Positions 11,325 to 27,900 of a stretch of DNA of 64,000 bases are shown here, one piece after another. The number at the start of each line of letters is the position of its first letter. Positions within the stretch are counted from its first letter, which is position 1. The position numbers and the translations under genes are program-made. The notes beneath the pieces were generated by a model, which was not told where the DNA came from, ran no database searches, and saw nothing but the letters and a program-made list of their open reading frames with translations. This DNA is from Octopus vulgaris (taxonomy: Eukaryota): the NCBI GenBank assembly GCA_951406725.2, contig OX597824.1, positions 54,870,001 through 54,934,000 of the forward strand, read 5' to 3'.

Positions 11325-14300
11325 TTCCTCCTATCACCCTCAATGGTTACGAGAAATTTATTTCTCCTAGCCGAGGGGGAGGTGCAGGCGTGGCAGTCCT
11401 TATCAGGAAGAACTTAGACTTACAGGTAAGTACTGTCTTTCTAGACCCAGAAGGTAGGCTGGTTGTCCTAGATGTGACTCACGTGAGTAAGCAGTCCTTC
11501 AGGTTGGTAGCTGTCTATGCTCCTAATGGTTGTGGGCAGACCGGTTTTTATCGGGACCTGGAGCACTTTTTAGTGACGTCTAAAACGGTAGTCTTGGTAG
11601 GGGACTTCAACACTATTCTCGATGCGCGGGTTGATAGTGTAGGCTCGAACGATAGAAAAGGGAATCCTTGCCTCAAGGCTCTACTAGCGAGCTTTAATCT
11701 AGTAGACCGTTTTTGACTGGAGGAGCCGAACGTTCCACAGTGGACGTGGAGTAACAACGACGGCTCACGCAGATCGTATATAGATACGGTATTTGTTAAG
11801 GAACGAGATAGGCATAGCGTTAGCTGTCCACAATTTTCTGTTGTGCCTTACACGGATCACAAACTTGTGACGTGTGAGGTACAGATAGATAAATGCCATA
11901 GACAGGGTCCCGGGTACTGGAAAATGAACAAGTCTATTTTGACTTGTGAAGCTTTCCGTACCCGGATAAAGGAATTAGTCCAGAGGGCATTAAGTGGCAC
12001 CATCATTAATAATAGATGGTGGCTCGCCCTCAAAAGAGCTATCCGCTTGGATTCCATTAGATTTAGCAAGCAGCTAAGTTAAGATAGGACTAGAATAGAG
12101 GGCGAATTAGTTAAGAACTTAGACGAGGCAATGGAATCTGGCTGTGCATCTGGAGTGTTAGCAGCGAGAACGGTCTTGTACCGTCACCTCAAAGCTAAGC
12201 ATGAGGGGTGTAGAGTCAGAGCTAAATTACGTGCAGGGAAACGAGAAGGTATTAATGTTGCCGGATGGGCCCGTCGTGAGGAGAGTCAGAAGGGCAAAAA
12301 GTCTTGTATTAAGTCTTTAACTGATGAGCAGGGTCGCAAGATCTATGGACAGGAGATGCAGAAGGTCCTTCACCAGCGTTTCGCCCGGTTGTTTGGGGAT
12401 GGCGGTCCGCTCGAGCGAGGGGAGGCCTTAAAGGTGGGCCGCGGCTCTCGACACGTGAGGCGGAATGCTGTGAAGGATCGATCTCTCCCGCGGAGGTAAG
12501 AGAGGTTATGGCCGGTTGCGCCGGGGTTAGAATTATGAGTTCTATTGTTGTATGCCGGACTTGTTCGGAGATATACTGGCGGGAGTCTATGCGAACTGGC
12601 AACAGAATGAGAGGATTCCCAATTCTGTGAGCCGGGGAGTTGTGACGCTGGTCCAGAAAGACCCGAACAAGGGGGATAGTATTAGTAATTATAGGCCCAT
12701 AACTCTACTTAATGTAGAGTTTAAGATTTTGGCCAACTTATCGGGAAGGCACAGACATGTGCAATCCCAGGCAGGTCGATCCAGGATAATCTTCACCTTC
12801 TCCGCTACACTATAGACAGGGTCGGGAAATTAGCCGGCAAAGGAGGGGCATTGGTCCATTTAGACCAAAGTAAAGAGTTCGATAGGGTAGACCATCGGTA
12901 CTTGGCGGCTGGGCTGGGCCCTGGCTTTTGCGTGTGAATCTCAGCTATGTACAGCGGCATCAAATCCATAGTCCAGATAAACGGTTACCTAACGGAGCCG
13001 TTTTCGATCAAGCGTTCAGTTCGTCAAGGGTGTCCCTTGTCCCCGCTCCTGTATGTTTTGGCTCTTGAGCCATTGCTGCGGAAGTTGGAGAAGTTGGGAG
13101 GCAACCCTAATGAAATCGGATGCGGTAAGTCTGTTTCTGCCTATGCGGATGACGTCACCCTCATCGTGTCCAACGAAGCACAGCTAACTCGTGTAGAAGG
13201 TGCTCTCCGAAGATACGAAGCTGTGGCAGGGGCAAAAGTTAACAAGGACAAGTCCACCGGTTTGCGCCTCGGCACCTGGAGGAACAAGCCGATATTGTCC
13301 AGTGTTGTTGGACACTGGACAGATGGTCCTGTTAAATTGCTCGGAGTTTGGTTTGGTCCAGACTCCCAGACGGAGAAGAATTGGAGCGAGGTAGCGAACA
13401 AGATAGAAGCTATAATACGGAAGTGGTCCGGAAAGCATCTTTCCTTGAAAGGGAGGGCGGAGGTGGTACAGATGTTTATAGCCTCTGTCATCACCTACCG
13501 CCTGACAGTCGTGCCCTGCCCCGATTCGTGGTTAAGCAAGTTAGAACGACTCCTTTTCCGCTTTTTGTGGAGGGGAGGAAAGCCCCTTGTGAGACGCTCC
13601 GTGTGTTGCCAGGAACCGCTAAAGGGAGGGCTGGGGGTGCCTTGGCTAATGATGCGCAGGCATGCGTTGAGGCTGAGACATCTCTGGTGTCACCTGGAGG
13701 GTGATAAGGTGTGGAGTCCGCTGGCAGAGGAATTCTTCCCGCGACCGGCCTCTAATGAAACCCGGTTTCATTAAAAGACGTAATCTGACTTTATGGCAGA
13801 AGGAGCGCCGACAGGCACTCTGGCTGATCCACAAGGTGGGCAAGGCCGGCAGCGAGAATACCACCTCGGTGTTCTATAGAGGGCTGGTTGAGGCAAAAAA
13901 TGACGACGTCCTAGGAGGGGCTCTGGGGTTCGATGAGAATCAACTCTCCAACCTGTTTAAGAAGACTTTCAGGCCGGGGTATTTGGACAATTACTAAAAA
14001 TCCCTGACCTGGCAGTGCTATAGGAATGCATTACCTGTTCGCGATAAGTTATCCAGGCACGGAATGTCAGTGCCACCGACGTGTCCAAGATGTGGGTTGG
14101 ACGATGAAACCGTTCAACACGCTTTTGTACAATGTTGGGAGCTGTCAAGCTTGATAAGTTACGTTGAACACGTGTTGTCGCATCTGGGACGAGTACAGCT
14201 GTCAGCTGGATCTATGATAAAGATGATACCGCCAACTGGACTCTCAAAGGAAGGTAGGGCTTGTTTTTACTGTACGGTGGCAGTTCTGAAAGAGTGTGAG

Positions 14301-14790
14301 TGGAGAACCAGAATGGAAGGTTTAGTGACAGGGTCCTTTGTCTCTGGCCCCGGTTTGTTAAAATACTTCAGATATCATCTGAAGAGCAAGATGGGGTTGG
14401 AGAAGAGGAGCCTGCCACAGAAAGAGTATATGAAACATTGGAAGGGTGTGATGAGAAAGGTGGGTGTTAGTAACCCAGCTTAATCATCGAAAAAAGGAAA
14501 AATTAGTTGCTGGGCCTTATAGGCTGCCGGGTTCAAAATTCGAAACCGGCACTTCCCATTCCTTTTCATTTTACATATGTTATAACGTCTAATGATTTTT
14601 TTGTTTTTTTTAAAAATAAAACAACACGCACTAAAGTTCTCTTTATAAAGGCAAAAGTAAACCAAGTTTTCGTTCATGTTACATTATAATTAAATTTTTA
14701 TAATTTTTAAGTATCATTCGAACTCTCATAACATTCTTTGTAATTGTTTGTCTTGTGATGTCGCACGATTTTAATAAAGATTTCATCTTC
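11325..14790 (+). mobile_element. L1/Tx1-clade LINE ORF2 (APE-RT-Zn knuckle), 5'-truncated pseudogene
   Basis: APE motifs GVAVL, VYAPN, GDFN, TDHK and GPGYWKMN; RT motifs YRPITLLN, VRQGCPLSPLLY and AYADD; C-terminal CPRC...ETVQHAFVQC; AATAAA near 14773; several stops and frameshifts. Confidence 0.93.
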
Positions 14791-14810
14791 ATCTAGCAGG
14801 CCTCTGCTAC

Positions 14811-14857
14811 TCTAGACCGATGATGGGCAAAGACCCAGAAACATGCGTGTCTCTAGA
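14811..14857 (+). ncRNA. Type I hammerhead ribozyme motif (U4C variant) in a PLE pseudo-LTR-like repeat spanning 14795-15015
   Basis: UCUAGA-CCGAUGA-UGGG(caaaga)CCCA-GAAA-CAUGCGUG-UC-UCUAGA. A related repeat fragment lies at 42743-42950. Confidence 0.72.
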
Positions 14858-15013
14858 TGCAGGCCTAGCTGTTGGGGGTATTTGTCTCCCCTTCGTAAAT
14901 ATATAAGGACACAGGAAATGTGTTGAGGCCGACAGGAAGCGTCGATGCTTCCTAGGGCTAAACAGCGGTGGTGTAATTCCCTTACTGTCACGTTAAGTTG
15001 ACAGTATACAACC

Positions 15014-19254
<4,241 letters not shown>

Positions 19255-19256
<2 letters not shown>

Positions 19257-19445
19257 ACGGGAAGCTTTATGAAAATAAACAAAAGACGAAGGCAGGTGGA
19301 ATACAAACAAACAATTGTATTAGTATGGCGGTCAGGAATATAAATAAAACAAGTCTTTTACGTTTCGAGCCTACGCTCTTCAACAGAAAGATACACAGAA
19401 AAGAAACACAGAAAGAAACAAGGAGAGAAAAAAATGCGTGCAGAG
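19255..19445 (-). mobile_element. PLE pseudo-LTR fragment with minimal degenerate HHR (19354-19391)
   Basis: UCUUU-CUGUUGA-A-GAGC(guag)GCUC-GAAA-CG-UA-AAAGA; the core has A6U. Confidence 0.55.
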
Positions 19446-19454
19446 GCTAATATA

Positions 19455-19637
19455 TATTGTTATATTTCGGAATGGTCATTTTGCCAGTTTAGAGACTAAA
19501 AAACACACGCACTATATATTTGATGTTATTTTGCTTCAGTGTTATTTATTTTTTATATTAATCTTAATCTTATTTCCGCCAGAGTTCTTTCGTCACACTC
19601 CTGTGACCGCATCAGTGGTCCTTTGTTTTCTTCTTTC

Positions 19638-19702
<65 letters not shown>

Positions 19703-19750
19703 ATGTGGTCACAGGAGTGTGACGAAAGAACTCTGGCGGAAATAAGATTA
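19455..19750 (-). mobile_element. PLE pseudo-LTR fragment with HHR-like motif (19579-19618) plus short inverted copy (19701-19750)
   Basis: CCA-CUGAUGC-G-GUCACA(ggag)UGUGAC-GAAA-GAAC-UC-UGG. The reverse-complement copy lies across the TA/TG microsatellite. Confidence 0.55.
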
Positions 19751-19770
19751 TATATTTATTTATATATATA

Positions 19771-19807
<37 letters not shown>

Positions 19808-19843
19808 TTATATATTTCTATATATATATCTATATATATATAT

Positions 19844-22800
19844 TGTTACACATTCATATTCATATCTATGTGTATACGTGCATAGAATACATCCCCACTC
19901 TTGGCACTATTTTGTTAGTGAATAGTAAAAACTGTGTGTAAAGTATATAATGTATTACTACGCTGGAATGTTGAGAAGTTCGTGTAACATGAATAGTAAA
20001 TAAACACGTTAAACAATAACAATGGCTTTCATTTGGTTGTCTATCCCATTAAAACCCAAACTACACATAACATGGTGGCAGCGGTAAATAATTAATCGGA
20101 AACTGTGCCTTTACAACAAAACAGAAACACAACGAACCAGAAATTTAACAAACAAAACATCGCTTCGTCTTCGGACAACACGACGATCCAAGATGGCGAC
20201 CCCCGTCGCCGTACAGATGAATCTACATCCGATTATGAATTGGGATTCCGTTGATGTCGTAGAAGCATTTAAAAAATTCAAACAGAAAACTCAACTAGCT
20301 TTCAAAAGTTTCCTGAAAGACACAACTGACGATGAGAAGGTAAGCTATATCCTTTTATGGACGGGCAATAAAGGTATAGACCTATTCAATAGCTGGGATA
20401 TGTCAGAATCGGACTGCAATAACCCAGACACACTTTTAGAGAAATTTGAAAGGCACCTAGAGCCCAGATCGAACCATAGAATTCACAGATTCGAATTCCA
20501 GGGCTTGAAACAAGACCCACAAGAAACGATTGACAATTTTCTGTCCAGACTAAAGAATGTTGCCGAAAAATGCAAATTCAAAGATAAGGACGAAAGAATC
20601 GTTGATCAATTAATATAGGGGTGTGCTCATAAGGAAGTTCAGAAATCCCTCATAGGTAAGGACGCTCTCCAGTTGATAGAAGCAGTAGACACTGCAAGAG
20701 CATTCGAAGCTACTACCAAACAAATGGCCTCACTTAGCTTACAAACAAGCTCACTAGGCAGCAGTGTAGATATTGTATCTAGGCACAGGACACATACCCG
20801 CAAACAAAGAACATGCCAGTACTGTGATATGGAGCATGAATTCAATAACCGAAAGAAATGTCCTGCATTCGGTACACACTACAAAGCATGTGGAAAACTT
20901 AACCACTGGGAAAAAAATGTGTAGGTTAACAAAATCCCAGAAAAACAAGCCCCAATTTTCAAAGAGGAGCGGAAATAGAAGAAGAGATATACATGCCCAA
21001 TAACAAGAACAAAACACCTCAGAGGAGGAATTCTTGGCAGTCGGCACAATAAATGTGCATGAGATGGGAAATGACGACCAGAGAAAAAATGAGGCATACA
21101 CAACAATAAGAATACAGAAGAAGTCTGGCAGGAAACGAATAAACATAGACTTAAGGCTAAAGATTGACACTGGAGCCCAGAGTGATATCTTACCTGTCAA
21201 CCTCAACAAAAAGATGTTCCTAGAACACATAACACAAGAGGTACGGAGGTACCAGGATTCCACAACTGGGCAAAACAACTATCACAGGGACACACAAAGG
21301 AAAAACAATCAAGTGTTCTTTTTATGTCACAAGAACAGAAGGCCCAGCAATTCTTGGACTCAATACCTGCAAAAAGCTTAATATTGTGTCAATCAATGCT
21401 GAAGTGAAAGCAGCTCCAAGCAGGATTGACAGTGATATGCCTATCAAAGATCGACCACAAATCACAAACAAAGAAGAACTGATAAGCATATACCCTGAAT
21501 GCTTTGACGATACAGTCGGGTGCTTTGTGAAACGTCGATATCATATAACAGTCGACTCCAATATCAAACCAATTGTTCACCCACCTCGCCGCGTCCCACT
21601 AGAACTAAAAGAGAAGCTGAAGACAGAGTTGGACAGAATGGAAAGAAAAGAAATAATCACCAAAGTGACACAACCAACAGACTGGGTAAATTCAATTGTA
21701 ATCAAGGAAAAACCCAATGGTACCCTACGGATATGCTTCGACTCAAGGGACCTGAACAAAGCATTAAAAAGAGAGCACCATCGAATTCCAACCCTTGAAG
21801 AAATCACACCATCATTAGCTGGATCCAAATTATTCAGCAAACTGGATGCCAGCAATGGGTACTGGAATATAAATATAGACAAAGAGTCATCCATGCTCAC
21901 TACCTTCAACACACCATTTGGTAGATATCGATTCAACCGACTCCCATTTGGATTGAAGGTGAGCCAAGATGTTTTCCAGCGCCAAATAGATGAGGCCTAT
22001 CAAAGCTGGAAGGGAGCAATTGGAATAGCAGATGACATCCAAGTGCATGGCAAGGATGAAACCACACATGACTTCAATTTACATGAAGCTATGGAGAAAA
22101 CCCGACAAGCAGGCATCAAACTCAATGCAGACAAGTGTGTGATAAAAGAAAAGGAGTGCAAATTCTTTGGAGTTATATACTCTGCAGAGGGAGTTAAACC
22201 AGACCCCGCTAAAGTGGAAGCCATCTGAGACATTAAAGAACCCAAAGACAAGAAGGAACTCAGGAGCTTCATGGGACTCATCCACTACATGGGAGCCTTC
22301 ATACCCAAGCTGGCCGATCACACTGCAAATCTCCGAGAACTAAACAAAGATGACGTAGAGTTTGATTGGTGTGCTTCACACACACAGGATTTCAAAGCAA
22401 TCAAAAAGCTCATCAGTAAGGAGACAACTCTGCAATATTATGACAGACGTAAGCCAGTAACACTCCAAGTCGATGCTTCTGTGAGAGGAGTTGGCGCAGC
22501 ACTGATACAAGAAGGTAAACCCATTGCATATGCCTCGAAAGCTCTCTCACCCACAGAGACAAGGTACGCGAATATTGAAAGGGAACTCCAGGCAGTAGTA
22601 TATGGATGCGAAAAGTTCCATACATACCTGTATGGCGGACATTTCAATATAGAAACAGACCATCGCCCGCTAGAACAAATACATAGAAAAAACCTGACAA
22701 AAGCACCAGCCAAACTGCAAAGATTACTGTTAAGGCTTCAAACATACGACTATGATATCAGGTACAAGCCAGGAAAAGACCTGATATTGGCGGATGCTCT

Positions 22801-24584
22801 TTCCAGACTATCCTCACATGATAAGCAGGAGATGGAAGGACTAAGCATAAAGGTCCACCACATTGTAAATGTGACAACCACAAAGCTAGCGGAAATCAAA
22901 GAGGAGACCAGCAAAGATGAAGAACTTCAGCTCCTCACTCAGATGGTGATTCAGGGGTGGCCAGAAAAGAGACATCAGGTGCAGCCCCTAATTCGTGAAT
23001 ATTGGGCCATCCATGATGATATATCAGTGGAGAATGGAATCCTGATGGCTGGATCCCGGAATAATTATACCCAAGTCAATGCAAAAAGAGATTCTTGACA
23101 AGATCCACCAAGGGCATCTAGGAATGGAGAAATGCAAGCTCCGAGCCAAGTCAGCAGTATATTGGGTAGGCATGTACAAAGACATAGAAAAGACAGTTTC
23201 TACATGCCACATCTGTCAAAAGTACAGAAACTCACAACAAAAGGAGGAAATGATATCTAGTGACATCCCAAGAAGGCCATGGCAAACTATTGGAGTAGAT
23301 CTGTTCACAGAGGGCTAAGAATGATATTTGATAATGGCCTGCTACTACTCCAAATTTCCATTTGTGAGAAAAGTGAAAGACCTGACAGCCAAAACAATCA
23401 CTACAGTGGCTCGAGGACTTCTAGCAGAGCAAGGAATACCAGAGCAGATCATATGTGACAATGGAACCCAGTTCACATCACAAGAATTCAAAAAGCTAGC
23501 CGATGAGTATGGGTTCAATATCACAACCTCATCTCCACACTACCCCAAAAGTCATGGGTTTATAGAAAGACAGGTACAGACAGTGAGGAGAACACTTGTC
23601 AAATGCCGAGAGACTAAGGAAGATCCACACCTGGCACTTCTGTCCCTACGAGCGACACCACTGAGAGCTGACATGAAATCCCCAGCAGAATTGCTGAATG
23701 GCAGTAAGTACAAAACTACCCTACCAACTAAGATCCAACCTCCTATTGACCAGGAAGAGACAAGGGCAAAGTTAGCAGCCACTCAAGAACAATCACAGAG
23801 GTATTACAACAAACACGCACAATATTTACCTGAGATACTTGGAGGACAACATGTGCCTACTCAAGATCCCATAACTAAAACATGGATCCCAGCACAGGTT
23901 GTCAGTAGAGCTGAAACTCCAAGATCATATATAATAGAAACGGAATCTGGTGGGCAGCTGAGACGTAACAGAGCCCACATCCGCCCAACACCAAAGCTGT
24001 CGAGGACAACGTGTACAACACCTGCTGCATCCGTGACAACACCCACAGAATCATCACCCCAACGGGCACAAACCGCCTATCAGCAGCCCAACAACACACT
24101 TCAGACACCGGTGCGAAGCACAAGATCCACCAGATGGAGAAAGAACATTCTGCCACCGGTTCGATACCGTTAAGGGAAAAAAAAGCCAAAATGAAAAGAT
24201 AAGTAACAAATTCAGCTAGACTACAAAGCAGAGGCAGAATAATCTCACGATTTCTGCTGTAGGATTGCCACCTCAGGCTGACAATCCATTAGAGTAAGGG
24301 AGACTACTCATAATTGTCTTCACTGCCAGAAGACCCCTTTATTTTTTTCAAGAAGAAGGGATGTTACACATTCATATCTATGTGTATACGTGCATAGAAT
24401 ACATCCACACTCTAGGCACTATTTTGTTAGTGAATAGTAAAAATTGTGTGTAAAGTATATAATGTATTACTACGCTGGAATGTTGACAAGTCCGTGTAAC
24501 ATGAATAGTAAATAAACACGTTAAACAATAACAATGGCTTTCATTTGGTTGTCTATCCCATTAAAACCCAAACTACACATAACA
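19844..24584 (+). mobile_element. Full-length decayed Ty3/Gypsy LTR retrotransposon (gag-PR-RT-RH-IN)
   Basis: LTRs 19844-20072 and 24362-24584; PBS TGGTGGCAGCGG (tRNA-Leu-like); PPT agaagaaggga; protease IDTGA; RT LPFGL and IADD; RH VDAS and TDHRPL; integrase HHCC and CDNG..F. Many stops and frameshifts. Confidence 0.96.
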
Positions 24585-24585
24585 A

Positions 24586-24630
<45 letters not shown>

Positions 24631-24670
24631 GATATTTATATATATATTTATTTATATATATATATATTTA

Positions 24671-26200
24671 TAGAAGCAACAAGAATGGATTAGTTTTTAG
24701 TACAATTGTTTCATACAAAGACAGGCTTTATTAAAATTTGCAAAAATTGCAGCAGATAAAAGTGTCCCGTACTCATCAGCTAAAATACATATGAGTTCTC
24801 CAAACATCTTAGTGGGTGAGGCTATACTCATGAAGTATTGGAGATAATTTCATTATTTTCAATATAATAGACAATTCCATCACACCTTGTTAACTAAATT
24901 CTAAGTTTTGACCGGTAGTCTGTCAATGTATGGATAGTAACGGCAACAATTTAAGACAGTAACAGGAATAAATAAATAAATAAATTTAAATTACCTCTTG
25001 TTAAGGTTGCACTTAGATTTTTTCTCTTAATGTATTCCCTTTGATGATAGCTTTTGATCCCTCTACCCCTGACCTTGTTATCTCTTTAGATTCTCTTTAG
25101 ATTCATATCTGCTTTCAACTACGTCAGGTTGGCAATAAATAGCTGTTTTACTGGTCAAAAATAATTTTCTCCTCATAGTTCCTGGATTCTTACAAATTCA
25201 AGCTAGCCAGGCCGTCTACAAATTCTTCTGTAGTTGGTCACTTTAGAACCCCCTTTCCCTCTAAGTTGTCACAGTATACTCTATGTGGGCGTTTTTTCTT
25301 TTCTCCCTTCTTCCCCTTTTTTCTTTTTTCTTTTTCTTTTCTTCTCCCCGTTTTTCTTTTTTCTTTTTCTTTTCCTTTTTTCTTTTTCTTTTCCTTTTTT
25401 CTTCTTCTTTTCCTTTTTCTTTTTCTTTTTTCCTTGTCTCTTTTTTTTCCTTGTCTCTTTTCTCCTTTTTCCTTTCTTTTCTTTTCTTTGCTCCACAAAA
25501 AATTCCTTCAGCCTTTAGAAGTCATAACATAGCAGTTTTGCGTAGAGAACAGTAATGTGGCAAATACCTTATCATATAGCATGAAATGATTGTGGATTAA
25601 CCATGGATAAATTCATCGTCTGTGAGTATGAAATTCCTCCTCATATCTCTGGAAATTTAAATCTACACTACGGATTAATTCACCTTCTCTGTGAAGCTAA
25701 TAAGCTTTTAAAAACCTGTGATAAGTCTGTGTATCATCCTCCTCATATCTCTGGAAATTTACATCTACACTACGGATTAATTCACCTTCTCTGTGAAGCT
25801 AATAAGCTTTTAAGAACCTGTGATAAGACTGTGCATCATCATTAAAGAACTTTGGAAATCTGTTTGCAACCGAAATCTGCCTTTAATGAAATTATCTCCA
25901 ATACTTCATGAGTATAGCCTCACCCACTAAGATGTTTGGAGAACTCATATGTATTTTAGCTGATGAGTACGGGACACTTTTATCTGCTGCAATTTTTGCA
26001 ACTTTTAATAAAGCCTGTCTTTGTATGAAACAATTGTACTAAAAACTAATCCATTCTTATTGCTTCTTTCTCGTTTATAATCACCCCACATTACTGTATG
26101 GTTAACACCATATAGTTTTCTGGTGCATCTAAGTTAAGTACCATATTCAAGTAAATTCATTGGAATTGACTTGAATCTTAATTGCTTTTATATATATTTA
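24671..26200. mobile_element. PLE remnant bounded by ~185-bp inverted repeats, each with an intact HHR (24695-24785 minus; 25954-26044 plus)
   Basis: UUUUAG-CUGAUGA-GUAC...GUAU-GAAA-CAAUUG-UA-CUAAAA occurs in both arms (24672-24855 and 25884-26067). There is an internal ~100-bp tandem duplication at about 25635-25840. Confidence 0.85.
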
Positions 26201-26229
26201 TATATATATATTTATATAGATGAGTGTAT

Positions 26230-27122
26230 TTTTACCTTGTTAACAATTAACACGGAAAAAAAAATAGTTACCGGGGTTGCAAAAATCTCACAAGTAAAGA
26301 GGTTGTAACTCCTTGTTTATAAAGGTAGAAACTTCGGGTTTACGTGGAATATTTTGAATAATATATGAATAAATATATGGAGTTTAACGCAGGTGTAAAC
26401 CAAATATTTTTACTTTCGACACATGTTTCGAAAATTCCACTGATACTATTCAAAAGAATAAATGGTATAAACAATGCAATCTTCTCTTCAGGAAAGTGAA
26501 AAAAACGAAACTCGTCAGTAAGACATTTTAGCAAAAAATGATGGATTTGTATAGCGATTGACTGAACGCTATTAATATTGTTTAAAAAAAACGTTATATG
26601 ATATAACGTCATAGGTAGCTTATAGAAAGAGTAGGGATATTAATAGTGAATGTAAATATAAAGGAAATTAAAGTTTAAATTATATATAATGATAGAGACT
26701 ACTTATATGCACTAAATGTGTGTTTTTGCCAATGTTTACATTGCTCGCTCTATAACCGTGTTTACTAGGGGATTTTTAGAAAAAATAATGAAAAATAGCT
26801 CAGAATTGCAGAGAAGACAGAATTCCTTGCCAAATCAGTTTGCTGAGACCGGTGGATAGAGATAACTCTAACGATGTGCTTCCAATTTAAAATCGTACTT
26901 TATTACGATTTAAGATTTATGGAAGGTTTATGGTATGGGAAGTACGAGTTATTTTGTAAATTGAGAGTAATGTCTAAGAAGTTGGCTTTAGTTAACTCAT
27001 CGTCAAAAACGATGTGCAATCCCATTCTACTAAAAAACCTAACTAATCTACTCTTAACCTTCTGTATTTTTTGATTTGAAATGTTTTGGTGGTACAGCAG
27101 ACAATCGTCATGACAAAGCCCT

Positions 27123-27125
<3 letters not shown>
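26230..27125 (-). mobile_element. Internally deleted relative of the 51985-55620 PLE, with intact HHR (26407-26502)
   Basis: Minus translation gives GGLCHDDCL..KSRLVRFFSRMG..KANFLDITLNL..YHKP and TGLSKLIW..CLLCNSELF..CKHW, matching ORF 52758-54632. HHR reads ACUUUC-CUGAAGA-GAAGAUU..AAUUUUC-GAAA-CAUGUG-UC-GAAAGU. Confidence 0.85.
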
Positions 27126-27168
<43 letters not shown>

Positions 27169-27214
27169 AAACAAGTCAAAAATAGAAAATGCTAAAATAA
27201 TTTTATAGTGAACA

Positions 27215-27258
27215 TTTCAGTACCGGTTTCGGTCATTTTGAGACCTTTTCAACTGTAA
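27215..27258 (-). ncRNA. Minimal HHR, U3:A8 covariant (second copy at 31533-31576)
   Basis: UUACAG-UUGAAAA-GGUC(ucaaaau)GACC-GAAA-CCGG-UA-CUGAAA, with palindromic ACCGGU stem III. Confidence 0.8.
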
Positions 27259-27900
27259 CGATTAAATAATTAAATTTAGAAAAATTAGAAGAAAAGTTTT
27301 TTTAAAAGAATATTTCTATAGTAGTGTTCAGATTTAAGTGGCATTCTGCCTTTCTCTGACTCCCTTGTTTGCACTTGTGCGTTGGAGGTCGTTGTGAGTT
27401 CTTGGTAGGGTAGTAGAGGAAGAAGGCTGGTGAGGAAAGGGGGGTGGAAGAATCTGGGAGTGCCCTGATGGTCGTATTTTGAATGGTCAGTGGCGGCTGG
27501 CAGTCTCAGTTCAATTCAGGAGAATATTTATATTGACAGGCTTGTTTATAGAATTAGCGTAGGTGTTATACTAAAAAACATTAGTGACAAAGTTAAGGGG
27601 TAGGGGGTGGAGAAGTAGAAGAAGAAGGAGAAGAAGAAGAAGAAGAAGAAGAAGAAGAAGAAGAAGGAGAAGGAGAAGATGACGATGATGGTGATGGTGG
27701 TGATGATTATGACGACGATGATGATGATAATAATGATGATGAAGAAGAAGAAGAAGGAGTAGAAGGAGAAAAAAACAGAGAAGGGAGAATATGAATGGGT
27801 GTAAGTATAGCTATGAAGGGGCTGATTAGTAATGGATTCTATGGAGTGTAATATTTGTGTGTGTATATATATTTTTCTTTTATTCTAAAGTTGAGGTATA

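Noticed and set aside
25234-25555. Lys/Phe-rich ORFs; also poly-E/D ORFs at 31901-32246
   Set aside because: These are low-complexity pyrimidine and (GAA)/(GAT) tracts.
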